The notes beneath the pieces were generated by a model. The model searched no databases. It was not told the DNA's origin and worked only from the letters and a program-made list of their open reading frames with translations. Of a stretch of DNA of 64,000 nt, positions 24,050 through 34,150 are shown in pieces. Position numbers and translations under genes: made by a program. How positions within the stretch are numbered: the stretch's first letter is position 1; the number at the start of each line of letters is the position of its first letter. The stretch is from the NCBI GenBank assembly GCA_002269645.1, contig NIVC01001367.1:1-64000 (forward strand). Direction: 5' to 3'. This DNA is from Macrostomum lignano. Taxonomy: Eukaryota.

Positions 24050-24330
24050 TGTGTGCTGGAGTGAACCTGTGTGCTGGAGTGAACCACCTGTGTGCTGGAG
24101 TGAACCTGTGTGCTGGAGTGAACCTGTGTGCTGGAGTGAACCTGTGTGCTGGAGTGAACCACCTGTGTGCTGGAGTGAACCTGTGTGCTGGAGTGAACCT
24201 GTGTGCTGGAGTGAACCACCTGTGTGCTGGAGTGAACCTGTGTGCTGGAGTGAACCTGTGTGCTGGAGTGAACCTATGTGCTGGAGTGAACCACCTATGT
24301 GCTGGAGTGAACCTGTGTGCTGGAGTTAAC
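24050..24330. repeat. 18/21-bp minisatellite (TGTGTGCTGGAGTGAACC[ACC])
   Basis: Tandem units about 500 nt downstream of the ATM stop codon. Confidence 0.95.
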
Positions 24331-24843
24331 CTTGAAAATGATGCCTTCAGGATTAATGTTAATCTGCTCTTTGACTGTCAAATGTAATTTTCTTACTTTT
24401 CTTAAAGAGTAAAGTATGCAGGATTGCAAATAAAGCAAATGCGGAGCAAGAGCACCAGGAAAATGAAACAAGCATACGAATGCGGATAAAAGTACATTGC
24501 ATACAAAAATATCTAACTGAAGATAGCAGAAACGCATACATTGAAAAGAAAATAATGAAAAGAATATACTAGAGGAAATATTTCCATACTGCCACTGAAG
24601 AAGCACGGTGAAGCAAAGTGAGCACAGCAGTTCTCAATCTAAACTTCACATTCGTTAATTCATATTAATACAAATTACAGCTGGCTTCGCTAAACTAAAT
24701 TTTTCATAAAAATATTTCTGCTTCACGTGTCCTCCAAGGCAGTACGGGTTAAAGAGAACCGGGACAACTCGCAAATGCATTAAAAAGGAAATTGAAACGC
24801 AGTTAGAAACCAGACAGTCACGCGGCTGAATCCAGCGGTAATT

Positions 24844-27800
24844 TTACAAATAGGGCTGCCAGCCGTGAAACACCAGTGCCAGATTTCTAGGATCCGTGGC
24901 CTGCTTAATCAGGTAGCTCACCTGGCCATCAACATTCAAAGAAAAGTTGTCCTCACGGCCCGTGAGCTTCTCGCGCAGCCGTAGCATCACGCGCTCGGCC
25001 ATCAGCGAACGCTGTGGAACGCTGGCCTCTTTACTGTCGTCTCCCGCTGCGGCCAGGGGCTCAAAGCGCGCTCGAGGCTTAGATATGTTCAGCTGCAAAG
25101 CGTTCGCCCGCTCTGGACTCAGGGTCCAATGATAGAGCGGGTCATGCAGAAGAATGGAGCAGATCGTAAGAATCACATTGGTAGATGAGCGCAGCAGCTC
25201 CAGAGTAATTTCACAAGCACGGCGGAAGTCGCCTTCGACGCCCAAGATGCCCAGGCCATCGACGATGTCGCGGGTCAAGCGAAACGGGATCGTCTCCGGT
25301 GTCGGCAAAAGTCTCCCTTGGTCGAAAGCAACGCCAAGATCAATATGGAATAGACTGGCAGTCTCGTTGTGAACTAAAATGTTGCTTAAATGCCGATCTC
25401 CGAGACCAAGAACGTATCCAACCATGCTCCAAGCCGCCACACTGCGTGTGTAGGTCAGCCGCCTTAGGTAAAATTCGCGAGGCTCGACAAATCGTTCAAA
25501 AAAGAAATGGCGGAAAACTGGTTGGAGTTTACTGCAGATATCTTTGTACGTCGCTATGCGCTCTTTAACACTAAGTTTAAAACTAGATTCCATCATTGTG
25601 CGCGCCGCACTCGGAGTTATATCAGTTGGCCGGTATCGAACGTGGGCTGATTTTGAGCCTTGAGCAAGGTATTCGCTAATAGGCATCGTACCTTCGCACC
25701 ATTCAACAATGCCGCTGCGTTGGCTCATCGGAATTACGTGGTATGTAGATAAAGACAGTTGGCGTTGCGAGGCAGCCGGGCTGTCACAGAGGAGACGGTT
25801 AACGGCATTAAAGACCTGCTGCATAACCGCATCTTGCCGCATGTCGTCGTTGCCTTTAATGAGCTGGCGTCGAGTTATTCCATCTGAACACTGGATGCTG
25901 ATGATCTTGGGAAGATTAATACCTCCAGCGGTGGCATACTTGTCAAGAAATTTAACAGCATAGACAATGTTATTGTACTCCCCTTGAGCATCGACATTCA
26001 ATTTTACAGTTGGAATGTGTACAGCAGAGACGTTTTGAAAAGCAGTGAGGTTGCTCTTGGTACTCAATGATGTTAATGTTCCACTTTTAGACCTTTCGTC
26101 CTTTGGTAGTTGAAAGTTGGCCAACTCGACATAAGCAATACAAAATCGACTTATGAACTTTACAAGCCTATTCGAAGACTCACTTGAACGGAGGACTTGA
26201 TTAATAACCTTCTCAGCTGCCTTTCCTCGATCGAAAACAGGGTTACCGGATGCTAGCGAGGTCCTTGTTGTCTGCATTCTCTGTACAAATTTACTATCCA
26301 AATTGGCGTTAGCGAGCGCAAACAGATTATAGAGGGTGTGATGCGGATGCAAACTGCTAACTCGGCCCAAAAAGTTACTTAATGTAGTTTGAAAAGATTT
26401 AATTGCCTCTTGGCCCTCCAAAAGACGTGCAGACAGCTGTGGAAAGAGTGGAATGAATTTGTCTAATCTGACTTTTTTTAGAGCGTTGGAGACGACTTCG
26501 GATACTTTTTGGTCATCAGTGTTATTTAACCATAGTTCTACAAATCGGTAGACGGACTTGTCGAATGCATCACCACTGATAAGACATTTCGATAAGTTTG
26601 TGACAGTATAGACAAGATAGCTAGCTTTGCGCTGCTGAATGTCTGTGATGCGATCGTTGTCAATTCTTGATTGTTTGTTCAAGCTATTCGTAAATCTTGA
26701 TTTCTCTCCAGCCCTGAGCAACTCGCAAGCATTCTCTTTCGATTGCTTCGTAACAGAGCACCAGGCTTGAAATTCCGGCGATTTAGTGTAGTTTTGCAAG
26801 CTTGTGTATTGGGCATCAGAAAACTCGGCGATTGCGTAATGAAGCCTAGAGTTGGATACATTTGTACTGCAAGCCTTATTTTCGGCAACGAGCAGATAAT
26901 CTTCCAGTATTGAATCGGCGTTTTCATATTTGCTTTCATTTAGCCACTGTGAATAACGTCGAACAACGTTCAGGTACGCATCGATGCCGATTCGATCATT
27001 AGCAGCTAGCGACTCAAGCGACTTCAAGCAACGCTTGCCCAACAACAGTGCAACATCTTTCTCTTGAGTCTCCCAGTAGAGACTTGACTCTTCGAATTTA
27101 ACAAGATGAAATAAAAATTCCGGCAAATTATACTGAGCCTGAGCTAGGCCTTCAGAGAGTGACGATATAAGGGCCTGGGCTCTGCCTGTGCACTTTAGTG
27201 ACACAAAAATGTCTTTAAAGGCAAAACAGTGACGTAAGAACTGTTGCATTCCGTTAAAATCCGGCTGCGACAGCTGAATGATTGTTTTATTCAAGTTCCA
27301 ATGAACAGCTAGAGTCTTGTAGTGCTTGCAGAACTGAAAGTTGTCTGAGCGTTCTTCAGCATAAGATAAAAATGCAGACAATAAAGACTGAAGCTCGCTG
27401 TTGCTATCGGCAACCGTCAATAAGCGTCGAAGGCAGCACAGACCAGAGCGCTTTTCAACAAATTCAAACAAAAGTCGATTGCTGTCGACATGCACTTGGG
27501 AGAAGTCACTTAAGTTTCTGTCCAAAAATTCCAAAATTTTTGCAGCAGAATCTGTCTGACCGGCGAGAATATGCTGATTCGCAAGACTCAAATGACTCCA
27601 AAAGTCTCCTTCAGTAGAGAGAGCACAAGGCAGGTTTTGGTTAGAAATACGAGTCCGCGATTCCGGGTCCTGCCATACCGAAAAATCTTGCAGGCAACAA
27701 AAAAGAAAATCCTTGCGCTCCTCTGATGACTCGAAGAAATTATGCCCAAGAAGTTCTTGTTTTAACATCAGGGGCTTCTTGTAGTCACTTAGTAAGCGCT

Positions 27801-30800
27801 GACAGCCCATCACTGCATCCTCATTGGCTAAGTGGCTGACCAGCGTAAGCAAAACTGGCTCCGCCTCAGGTAGAATTGTCAACACTGTGGAGAAGTGGCA
27901 TTCTAGGAAAAGATGAGCTAAATACGCATCACAGAGCTTTACGGCGGCCGCACTGGCTTCCAGAAATGGAATCTCTATTGTTGGCAATGCAGATGAACAT
28001 CTGTTAGTCTGATTGAGCATTCTAGCAGAATGGAGCTGCAATAGAAATGAAGTTATTTGTCTCAGCCTCTTTTCACACTGACAACTCGATAAAAGGTCTG
28101 ACAGAACTTGTGTAAAGAGCTCGACATCATTCGACGATGCTTGAGATAGGAATTCCGTTAATACGCAGTAAAACGCAGACGCACAAAAACTGGTCGAACA
28201 TCCAACCAAATATTGCAGCTCCAAAGTGAAGCGATCCGACAAAGTATGTGTTCTGTAAATTGCTTTAATAAAGTCTTTAATCCATGTGGAAAAAGGCGAT
28301 TGCTGATTTTTTAGCGCGGCGATTACATCTTGAAAGGTACCAATCTGAGAAATCCATTCAGTAGACCGACGAACTCGGTTTTCTTGGCAAATTGGGCCCA
28401 AAGACGCGATTGAATGACAGATTTCTCGAAATTCACTGTCCGCTGCGTGTTTAACTGTGGATTTGACTGAATCCAGCTGCAGTAATTTCTTCAGACAAAA
28501 AGCTGCTGCCTCTTTTTCTTCGATAGAATTACTAAATGTACTGCTGATGAGGACCTTAATGATAAACAAGCGCTCTGAGTATAAGCAATTCTTGTGTTCT
28601 AAGCAACCTCGACCAACCAGTTTGCCTGATAAAGTTGTGTACGAATTTGGCGCAGAGAGATCAAATTCTCTGTAACCCTTGATGACACCCTCTGTTGCAA
28701 TCTCATTGAACGCCTTAGCGACTCGCACAATTTTTTCCTGCTCTTCTACTGTCTCGGTCTTGTCTAGCCTTTCCTCTAAAGAGACAATAAAGTCACTCCA
28801 GCAAGATGATTTTAACGAAGAATTAATGCAGAATGACGAATATGATTTAAACACAGCATTTGTAACCTTAACAACACTTGCTCCAGTAATAAGCGCGGAA
28901 AAAACCGAGCGACAGAGTGAATCCTCTGCAGTGAACTTAGGCACGTCAAGCTCTGAAATTATTGCTTGACAGCAGTTGTCCTCGGAGGCATGCAGCAAAA
29001 TATCCAAAATTTTAGTCATGCACTTCAAGTGAGACGCGTTATTGACGTTGTCTCGCAGGTTTGCGAAGAAGTTAGCAATGATCAAACTGCAGTTCAGGCG
29101 CTTTAAAAATAATGAGCTCTCCAGGACAACAACGACTGTTGAGAGAACCAACTCGAAACAGCAAGACGCGGCGGCGTGAGGTGATGAGCTCAAAACTTCT
29201 TTAATTTTCACAGCTGCTATTAAAAGAGTATTAAGAACTTGCAAATTGTCAAATAATGAAAACTGATCCGGAAAGCTAGCTGACAGCTTTACTAGGTAGT
29301 TGACAAGATTGCAGCCACTTAGAAGGCTAATTAGTTTGTACTGTGCATCATGTGTGCTCCAGAACTCAATTGCTGTACAACAAACGTTAAGGACTAGCCC
29401 GCTCACCAATTCGGCGCTAGCAAATGGTTCAAGTGGATTTGTTGCTCGAGTGTTGGATAAAAATGAGCAACAGAACATAATGAAATCTTCAACAGAACTA
29501 CCTGATAGGGCCAGTTCGCTTGGCAGAAAGCAACAGCCAGTTATCAAAAACCTTCCAAGATCTCGACAAACAAGTTCCACTCCGTAGTTTTTCAAGTCAA
29601 TTAGTGTCTTTAGCCGATCGAGTGAATCCGAACTCTTGTTTAGAAAGCACTCGGCCAATTTAAGAGCAAAAACTGATATTTGACAAATTGACAGCAGTTT
29701 TCTAGCCGGCAGTGACAAAATATCAGCTACTTGCTGTACGCTCGATAATGACTGAACAGAAGCACTGACGCATTCCTCCGTGCATTCAGAAACGAATTGC
29801 AGAGCTGATGTGTAGTCAAAAAGATCAGTGGGAAACTGCGAAAGCTTGTTTCTTGTCAGCCACTCAGCCAGACACAAAGACAAGTAAAATTTAGGGGCAT
29901 AGTCGCGAATACTAACAGCGGATGACTTCATGACGTCTCTTGCGGACTCTAAATCGAGCAACCCTTCCTGGTGCATCTGAATTAGAGAGAATAAATTGTG
30001 GCCCCGCTGTGACGCATTTGAACTTTGAAGTATGATTGTCATTGCGCGCTTAACTATTGAAACCCTTGATCGCTTCAAATCGTTTAGAAACTGGGTATCT
30101 TCAATAGTGACTTCAATAGAAAACAGATTTTTAATGGCGTTCAAAACAGCGGAAACATGGTCTGCGTCTTTCCAGTCAACAAAACGAACGTTATTTGCAG
30201 CTTTCGTTGCAACCGCATCACAAAAATGTCCGAGTTGTTCAAGAATATAGCGAAAAATCGTCGTACCTTGCTTTTGTCTTGAAAGTAAACTAGGTCTAAG
30301 TTTACACACACGAATCGTGCATTCTAACCATGATTTCAGTAGACAGGTGCTGCACGCGATTCCTTCTTGACAAAGCATGATAACGACAAGAAGCTCCTGA
30401 CAATAGTTAAAATAATTTTCTGCACTGTCGTGACAAAAGTTTCCCAGCTTTTCAATGAATTCAGCAAAAATATCACAAAACTGCACAATAACTGGTTGAT
30501 TCTTCCGAAACTCTCGGAAACCACGTCGGAAAACATCAAATGCTAGCTTTATGTATTGCTGCGTCGAATCAACAGTGGAAGAAAACTGGATGAATTCCTT
30601 CACTAGGAATATAGTAAAAGCGTGCAGATCGGAGTTGCGAGCTGAAAAACTTGAGGAGCTGCCTTGCGCGAGTAGCTTTAATGAGTCTATAACTTCATCG
30701 CAGTTGTCGTAGTCTAATTCAGAAGTTAAGCGAAGATACGCTTTTAGAAGGGATTGACGGAGTCTCTCTTGCCTGTTGATTGTAACTTCGCGGCAGTTTG

Positions 30801-32862
30801 AAGTGTAGTCATTGGCTGATAGCGTGTCGTCACATGTTGGCGAAAACTCCGCTTCGTCTTCGAGGTTTAGAACAGACAAGTCACGTTCGCTGGAATTATT
30901 TGTAGTCAAAAGATCGAAAAACAACTTCTTCGCGTTAAGAAGAAATGCTTTAATAGGCTGCGCTAACACGCTATTGATTAAAGGTCGGAAAACCTTAACA
31001 AAGTCTCCTACTTGATCTGCGAAATAAAAAAGATCGCATTTATCTCTCAGAGTCTCGCAAGTCCGAAGCAAGGACGAAAGTACTTGGGCAACAATAGCCT
31101 GATTTTCAATTAAGTTGCAGCACTGAAGGAATGCAGAAGATATAGTAATATCAACAAATTCATTAAAGCTTGATGGTTTGAAGTCTTTAATAGTAGACTC
31201 GACTATTTTCGAGATCTCGATTAATGTCGGGTCTGATAAACAATAGCACTTCCTATATCGGTCGCTGCAACACGGTGCCTCCCGACTGACAATAGCAATG
31301 CTCACATCAGCAATGTGACAGAACTCTTTCAGTTGAATGGAAACTGGCTTTACCGATAGGCTCAGCTCGAAAGCACACAAAAGCCAGTTCAGGACAGAAA
31401 TGTTTGAGTCACCGGAGTAAGAAGCTGATAAAGCTTGACACAAATGAAATGACAGCTGACGGAAATTTTTCCGAGTCATCATATTGAAGGAAAACTTCCA
31501 GAAGGATTCCATGAAATCTTCATCAAATTGAAAATTCCATTTTTCGAAGCAGTCGGTCACAAGTCTAATCAGAAACGATAGAATCACATCGTCTTTGTGA
31601 TATTTCTGGACATGAATGAGAGTAGACTGCAGACGTTTTAGGCTTGTGTTTGGCACATTTTTCGATTCAAAAAGAGCACGAATTAACTTAATGTCAAGAA
31701 TGACTGCGACGTCGTCAGCGCTAACAGACTCAATGCTGTCGCATGCTTCTTCAATTGCAGAAGCACATCTCTGCCGCTTGTTTTGATGATGGAGCGCTGG
31801 GTCAAGAGCAGGATTTTGCGAGATAGCCGCCAGATCAGAGCTTGATAACACAGCAAGGAGTCGATAAAATACTGGACAGTCGGTAGTCTTATCAGCTCGA
31901 TGGAATCGGACGCTTGGGATGAATTTTTCTTCACGTAGGCGAATTAGAAGCAGTATCAAGGGCTGTCGCAGTAAGAGCAACTCTTGCACAAGTTCTTTGC
32001 AGCTGTCCTGCAGGTCTTTTCTGGCCAGTAGAGTGCTGAAGAATTGGCAAAAGAAAGACAATACAACCTCATGAGTTGCTGTCTTAAATGAAGAGAAGAA
32101 CTGTTCGTAGCACTGAAACAGGCTTTCTGCAAAGGCACAAGTCTTAGAAAAGAATACCGTTAAGTACTCGTGCTTAACAAGACAATCAACAGAATTTACT
32201 ATTCTTTGAAAAAGTCTCTCGTCCTTGTGCTGAAAAGTGGCAGCAAGCCAGTTGGCAAGAACTGATACATCTGCGAAAAGACAGCTCCGTTCGGAAGTCA
32301 CCAGGACAAGCTGCGAGAACAGTGACAGATATTGGGAACAAAACTTGGTTTTCAATTTGGCAGTTAGACTATTGTGAATGCTCTCCAGCAACGCATCGGA
32401 TAAACTGAAAACAAATTCTTTGCAGCTAAAGATGCTAGCTTCAATAAACGAAGCATAATCTTCTCCAACCATTGCTCGCAGACTGGAATCTGACAGAATG
32501 GTGACAAAGAACGACACAATCTCTGTGTTCTTAGCACAACCAGCTGTTCGACAAGCTGCAAATAGTCTTTTGATGGCATCGAGAATTGCTTTTTTCTTTC
32601 TAACAACAATAGAATGCTGGGGTCCCTTTTGGTCGCTGACCTTCTTTAGATGATTCAAGTCTTCGTGGGCTAAATGCACAACGCGCTGCAATGATTGGGC
32701 CCAAAACTGGGCGCGTTTTTCGAGCGAACTTGCGGCCAATTCCTCCAGCAGATTCTTGCTTTGTAGTCGAGTAGAGATCTGCTCATAGAAGTGAATTCTT
32801 TCCTCGAATCGCAGGCCATCTAGGGACGCTACCTGTCCCAGAAATGCCGCTATAGAGGCCAT
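24844..32862 (-). CDS. ATM: Serine/threonine kinase ATM (PIKK: HEAT repeats, FAT, kinase, FATC); single coding exon, about 2672 aa
   Basis: Uninterrupted 8-kb ORF with HPHHTL, RQLIKGNDDMRQDAVMQQVF, GYVLGLGDRHLSNIL, HIDLGVAFDQG.LLPTPETIPFRLTRDIVDG and a FATC end LVFHGWQPYL; first ATG at 32862, 5 nt after a TAG acceptor. Confidence 0.95.
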   Translation of the reverse strand: MASIAAFLGQVASLDGLRFEERIHFYEQISTRLQSKNLLEELAASSLEKRAQFWAQSLQRVVHLAHEDLNHLKKVSDQKGPQHSIVVRKKKAILDAIKRLFAACRTAGCAKNTEIVSFFVTILSDSSLRAMVGEDYASFIEASIFSCKEFVFSLSDALLESIHNSLTAKLKTKFCSQYLSLFSQLVLVTSERSCLFADVSVLANWLAATFQHKDERLFQRIVNSVDCLVKHEYLTVFFSKTCAFAESLFQCYEQFFSSFKTATHEVVLSFFCQFFSTLLARKDLQDSCKELVQELLLLRQPLILLLIRLREEKFIPSVRFHRADKTTDCPVFYRLLAVLSSSDLAAISQNPALDPALHHQNKRQRCASAIEEACDSIESVSADDVAVILDIKLIRALFESKNVPNTSLKRLQSTLIHVQKYHKDDVILSFLIRLVTDCFEKWNFQFDEDFMESFWKFSFNMMTRKNFRQLSFHLCQALSASYSGDSNISVLNWLLCAFELSLSVKPVSIQLKEFCHIADVSIAIVSREAPCCSDRYRKCYCLSDPTLIEISKIVESTIKDFKPSSFNEFVDITISSAFLQCCNLIENQAIVAQVLSSLLRTCETLRDKCDLFYFADQVGDFVKVFRPLINSVLAQPIKAFLLNAKKLFFDLLTTNNSSERDLSVLNLEDEAEFSPTCDDTLSANDYTSNCREVTINRQERLRQSLLKAYLRLTSELDYDNCDEVIDSLKLLAQGSSSSFSARNSDLHAFTIFLVKEFIQFSSTVDSTQQYIKLAFDVFRRGFREFRKNQPVIVQFCDIFAEFIEKLGNFCHDSAENYFNYCQELLVVIMLCQEGIACSTCLLKSWLECTIRVCKLRPSLLSRQKQGTTIFRYILEQLGHFCDAVATKAANNVRFVDWKDADHVSAVLNAIKNLFSIEVTIEDTQFLNDLKRSRVSIVKRAMTIILQSSNASQRGHNLFSLIQMHQEGLLDLESARDVMKSSAVSIRDYAPKFYLSLCLAEWLTRNKLSQFPTDLFDYTSALQFVSECTEECVSASVQSLSSVQQVADILSLPARKLLSICQISVFALKLAECFLNKSSDSLDRLKTLIDLKNYGVELVCRDLGRFLITGCCFLPSELALSGSSVEDFIMFCCSFLSNTRATNPLEPFASAELVSGLVLNVCCTAIEFWSTHDAQYKLISLLSGCNLVNYLVKLSASFPDQFSLFDNLQVLNTLLIAAVKIKEVLSSSPHAAASCCFELVLSTVVVVLESSLFLKRLNCSLIIANFFANLRDNVNNASHLKCMTKILDILLHASEDNCCQAIISELDVPKFTAEDSLCRSVFSALITGASVVKVTNAVFKSYSSFCINSSLKSSCWSDFIVSLEERLDKTETVEEQEKIVRVAKAFNEIATEGVIKGYREFDLSAPNSYTTLSGKLVGRGCLEHKNCLYSERLFIIKVLISSTFSNSIEEKEAAAFCLKKLLQLDSVKSTVKHAADSEFREICHSIASLGPICQENRVRRSTEWISQIGTFQDVIAALKNQQSPFSTWIKDFIKAIYRTHTLSDRFTLELQYLVGCSTSFCASAFYCVLTEFLSQASSNDVELFTQVLSDLLSSCQCEKRLRQITSFLLQLHSARMLNQTNRCSSALPTIEIPFLEASAAAVKLCDAYLAHLFLECHFSTVLTILPEAEPVLLTLVSHLANEDAVMGCQRLLSDYKKPLMLKQELLGHNFFESSEERKDFLFCCLQDFSVWQDPESRTRISNQNLPCALSTEGDFWSHLSLANQHILAGQTDSAAKILEFLDRNLSDFSQVHVDSNRLLFEFVEKRSGLCCLRRLLTVADSNSELQSLLSAFLSYAEERSDNFQFCKHYKTLAVHWNLNKTIIQLSQPDFNGMQQFLRHCFAFKDIFVSLKCTGRAQALISSLSEGLAQAQYNLPEFLFHLVKFEESSLYWETQEKDVALLLGKRCLKSLESLAANDRIGIDAYLNVVRRYSQWLNESKYENADSILEDYLLVAENKACSTNVSNSRLHYAIAEFSDAQYTSLQNYTKSPEFQAWCSVTKQSKENACELLRAGEKSRFTNSLNKQSRIDNDRITDIQQRKASYLVYTVTNLSKCLISGDAFDKSVYRFVELWLNNTDDQKVSEVVSNALKKVRLDKFIPLFPQLSARLLEGQEAIKSFQTTLSNFLGRVSSLHPHHTLYNLFALANANLDSKFVQRMQTTRTSLASGNPVFDRGKAAEKVINQVLRSSESSNRLVKFISRFCIAYVELANFQLPKDERSKSGTLTSLSTKSNLTAFQNVSAVHIPTVKLNVDAQGEYNNIVYAVKFLDKYATAGGINLPKIISIQCSDGITRRQLIKGNDDMRQDAVMQQVFNAVNRLLCDSPAASQRQLSLSTYHVIPMSQRSGIVEWCEGTMPISEYLAQGSKSAHVRYRPTDITPSAARTMMESSFKLSVKERIATYKDICSKLQPVFRHFFFERFVEPREFYLRRLTYTRSVAAWSMVGYVLGLGDRHLSNILVHNETASLFHIDLGVAFDQGRLLPTPETIPFRLTRDIVDGLGILGVEGDFRRACEITLELLRSSTNVILTICSILLHDPLYHWTLSPERANALQLNISKPRARFEPLAAAGDDSKEASVPQRSLMAERVMLRLREKLTGREDNFSLNVDGQVSYLIKQATDPRNLALVFHGWQPYL

Positions 32863-33559
32863 TGCTTCTACATTAGGCAAATTTAAGGCAGAATAATGAT
32901 CAAGTAGAAATCTGAAAGGAAATTTTCAGCTTCTGTAGTCGATAGTTACCCAAAGCACAACTAGCCTGCACTACTACAGGCGGCACTACAAAAGTTTTGA
33001 GCATCAAAGAAATATATATAAAAATTTACACATACAAATTTACAATATATTTTTGTTTCATCATTTTTAAACATCAAAAAAATTATTAAACAAATTTTAT
33101 TTTGATAATACTATGCTTAATGGACATCTTTTTATTGACTAAAATGACTTATTCAAATAATTAGGGTGTTACAAATATGAAGGATAGAAATTGATTGCTA
33201 CAATACTTATCTATAATTATTATAAAATTATTATACTATTAGACTATAGTTAAAAAGGTGGCTTTTGTGTGGAAAATATATAATTAGGCATACTCATATA
33301 AGTAAAGTATGATCTAGACTATAAGATCAACTTAAGTGTTATCACTATTGAAAGTATTACTTTTTTACAATTGGCTGATTGCCATACTGTTTAGATGAAC
33401 CCCTTTGGTGGCAAAAGAAGGAAAGGAATAGTGTAGCATAATGTATAACATTGTAGCTTATGAAAAAGACTAGATATATTAGGTCCTAGAATAGCTATGC
33501 ATACAAATGCCATTAAGTATAGAAGCAAAGCCAATATTCCTTAATGAACATTGGCTCTC

Positions 33560-34150
33560 TATGTACATTTCTGACTCAACTTGCATAAATATAGCAAGCA
33601 ATGCCTCACGGGGCCTTCATGGATTTTTACACTGCCAAATACCACACGGCACAAGTGGTAGCAGAGCTCAGAATGGCAGATGGCAGCCACTGTGCAATTC
33701 TAAGAACTTTTAGCTCTGGCAACTTTGTAGCAGTTTGAGCTGTGTAGCAGCCAACAAGTGGTCAAATGACAAACACTTGCATCTGCCAATGTTTTTGGAT
33801 GGCAAGGCTTTGACAGTCTTATTTGAGCTTGACAAGAAGGATAAAAGCAACTATAGTCAGGTGACCAAAGCATTAATTTCCACCTAGATAGCCAGCACTT
33901 CTTAGCACTAGAGGCATTCAAGAGCCAGAAGCTGCTACCTGGTAAACCTCCTTGGCTATTTTTCTACCACCTAAAGCAGTTACTCAAAGACACTGGAATC
34001 AGCAATAAAAATGCCACAGACTATGCTGACCTATCACTTCATCCATGGGCTGCTGTCAGATGTCAGTAGACAAATCAGAGCTAATGCAACAGTCAAAATA
34101 GTGAGTGATACCTTTGCATGGGCACAACTGCTGCTAAAGCTACTTTCTGC
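33560..34150 (+). pseudogene. Decayed Gypsy-type gag fragment
   Basis: Broken frames read FEL...ANKWS..LHLPMFLDGKALTVLFELD...YSQVTKAL, EAFKSQKLLPG.PP.LFFYHLKQLL and LTYHFIHGLLSDVSRQIRA...AWAQLLL, resembling Ty3/Gypsy gag as I recall it. Confidence 0.65.
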
